Assembly (NCBI GenBank): GCA_016871995.1 | Contig: VHBL01000005.1 | Coordinates: 22,134 to 54,133 of the forward strand | Origin: Nitrososphaerota archaeon | Lineage (GTDB): Archaea > Thermoproteota > Nitrososphaeria > Nitrososphaerales > UBA57 | Length of the DNA: 32,000 nt | Direction of reading: 5' to 3' | In this document: piece after piece, positions 31,285-32,000 of the stretch | Numbering within the stretch: position 1 is the stretch's first letter | How the letters are laid out: each line of letters begins with the position of its first letter | Program-made: the position numbers and the translations under genes | The notes under the pieces: model-generated | Database searches by the model: none | Told to the model about the DNA's origin: nothing | The model's input: only the letters and a program-made list of their open reading frames with translations

Positions 31285-32000
31285 ATTATGGTTGGCGACC
31301 TCCGACCTGTCGAGCGGAAAATCTTCGACATAGGTTGGAGTATCTGCACCAATCCTAAATCTCCGTGTTCTTTCTCATACCGTGATTTTCCATCGATACC
31401 CCATGGGACGTTTAGGAATGCCATATCAAGACTCGCTAAGGTAGGACTAGTTTATAGAGTGCATGGAGGACATCCAACACAGTACGGATGCAAAGGAAGC
31501 GGCATCAAGCCTATGATGACACTGCCCCCCGTGGCGGGTCGTCGCCGTGTCACGCCGTTTGAAGAGATACTCCTTTTGCTAGGGAATGCTATCGCTGGTG
31601 TTCATGACATAAGGATGGTTTTTGATCTTCCCAGTTTCTACAAAGATTTGCAACTAATCCCACAGAACCATAGCAAGGATAAGAGGCTCTCGCCTCTTAC
31701 ATTCTCAAGAAGAATAATAAGAATTACGGCACACATCACCGGTTCAGTTTCTGTCCTATTAGCTTGTTCTGACAAGCCTTTTCCTAGGGACGACTTGACA
31801 GAATTGTTCCTATTACTTGAAAGAGCTAAAGAGCATCTGCAATTCGAGTGTCTGGGAAGACCTATCCGCGTCCCTCTCATTGGAGACTGGATCGTAACAC
31901 AGTGGCACTACAACAAGGATGGCGACGAGATAGCACTAAAGCCCTTGATGGTTACATTTAGAGACTTTTCAGAAGTGCTATGTCGATTTTACGGCAAACC
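31264..32000 (+). CDS. Open-ended hypothetical protein (>237 aa, runs off the right edge); possible wHTH near the N-terminus; start at ATG 31264 or 31288
   Basis: I checked the frame codon by codon from 31288 to 32000 and found no stop (MVGDLRPVERKIFDIGW...FRNAISRLAKVGLVYRV...). It is absent from the ORF track because it lacks a stop. The antisense ORFs 31200..31424 and 31638..31880 are shadows. Confidence 0.6.
   Translation, partial: MTLKDDTIMVGDLRPVERKIFDIGWSICTNPKSPCSFSYRDFPSIPHGTFRNAISRLAKVGLVYRVHGGHPTQYGCKGSGIKPMMTLPPVAGRRRVTPFEEILLLLGNAIAGVHDIRMVFDLPSFYKDLQLIPQNHSKDKRLSPLTFSRRIIRITAHITGSVSVLLACSDKPFPRDDLTELFLLLERAKEHLQFECLGRPIRVPLIGDWIVTQWHYNKDGDEIALKPLMVTFRDFSEVLCRFYGK

Noticed and set aside
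15361-32000. Direct repeat of the tRNA-Glu 3' half as attR of an integrated element
   Set aside because: I scanned by eye for gggttcgaatcccgcc-like strings downstream. Only weak partial resemblances were found (for example cggaatccgc at ~30880), so no att site can be claimed within the window.
1-32000. CRISPR arrays, rRNA genes, additional tRNAs
   Set aside because: No regularly spaced 24-40 bp repeats, no rRNA-like segments and no second cloverleaf-compatible GTTCGAATC/acceptor pair were noticed on either strand.

Overview
This is an archaeal chromosomal window. cdvB and cdvC (ESCRT-III/Vps4 cell division) occur together with an archaeal histone, archaeal-type AspRS, TIM, ribosomal protein S17e and KEOPS Cgi121. 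By inference this fits Nitrososphaerota (Thaumarchaeota) or a related TACK lineage. Positions 1-16200 are ordinary housekeeping genes: guaB 5' end, nnrD, a cysteine-synthase-like/TusA pair, aspS, the cdv cluster, a HAD phosphatase/GT4 pair, tpiA, tsaC-THUMP, an S17e-SAMP-Cgi121 operon, tatD, a histone, and a tRNA-Glu(CUC) carrying an 18-nt insertion at a non-canonical position. Positions 16459-28068 form a defence island encoded entirely on the minus strand. It holds (i) a McrBC type IV restriction module with an extra upstream ORF, separated from mcrB only by a frameshift inside a C9 homopolymer. It also holds (ii) a tightly packed four-gene operon: a small TM protein, a ~1030-aa gamma-class N6-adenine methyltransferase (Eco57I/PglX-like, no visible nuclease motif), a single-HKD PLD nuclease with a B3/BfiI-like C-terminal domain, and a single-HKD PLD domain fused to an SNF2-type ATPase. 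The operon resembles the CglI/NgoAVII M+R+N systems and partly resembles class 1 DISARM, but matches neither. I rank it as the best candidate for an undescribed ATP-dependent PLD restriction-modification-like system. Positions 28100-32000 look like a plasmid- or virus-derived module. It contains a 16-bp perfect inverted repeat pair (MITE-like), an AT-rich tract with clustered ACAGG motifs, wHTH/Zn-ribbon and RHH regulators, a triple 9-bp iteron (GATGACACT) and an open-ended ORF. No CRISPR array, rRNA or integrase was seen. All domain calls come from motif reading by eye, and no searches were run.
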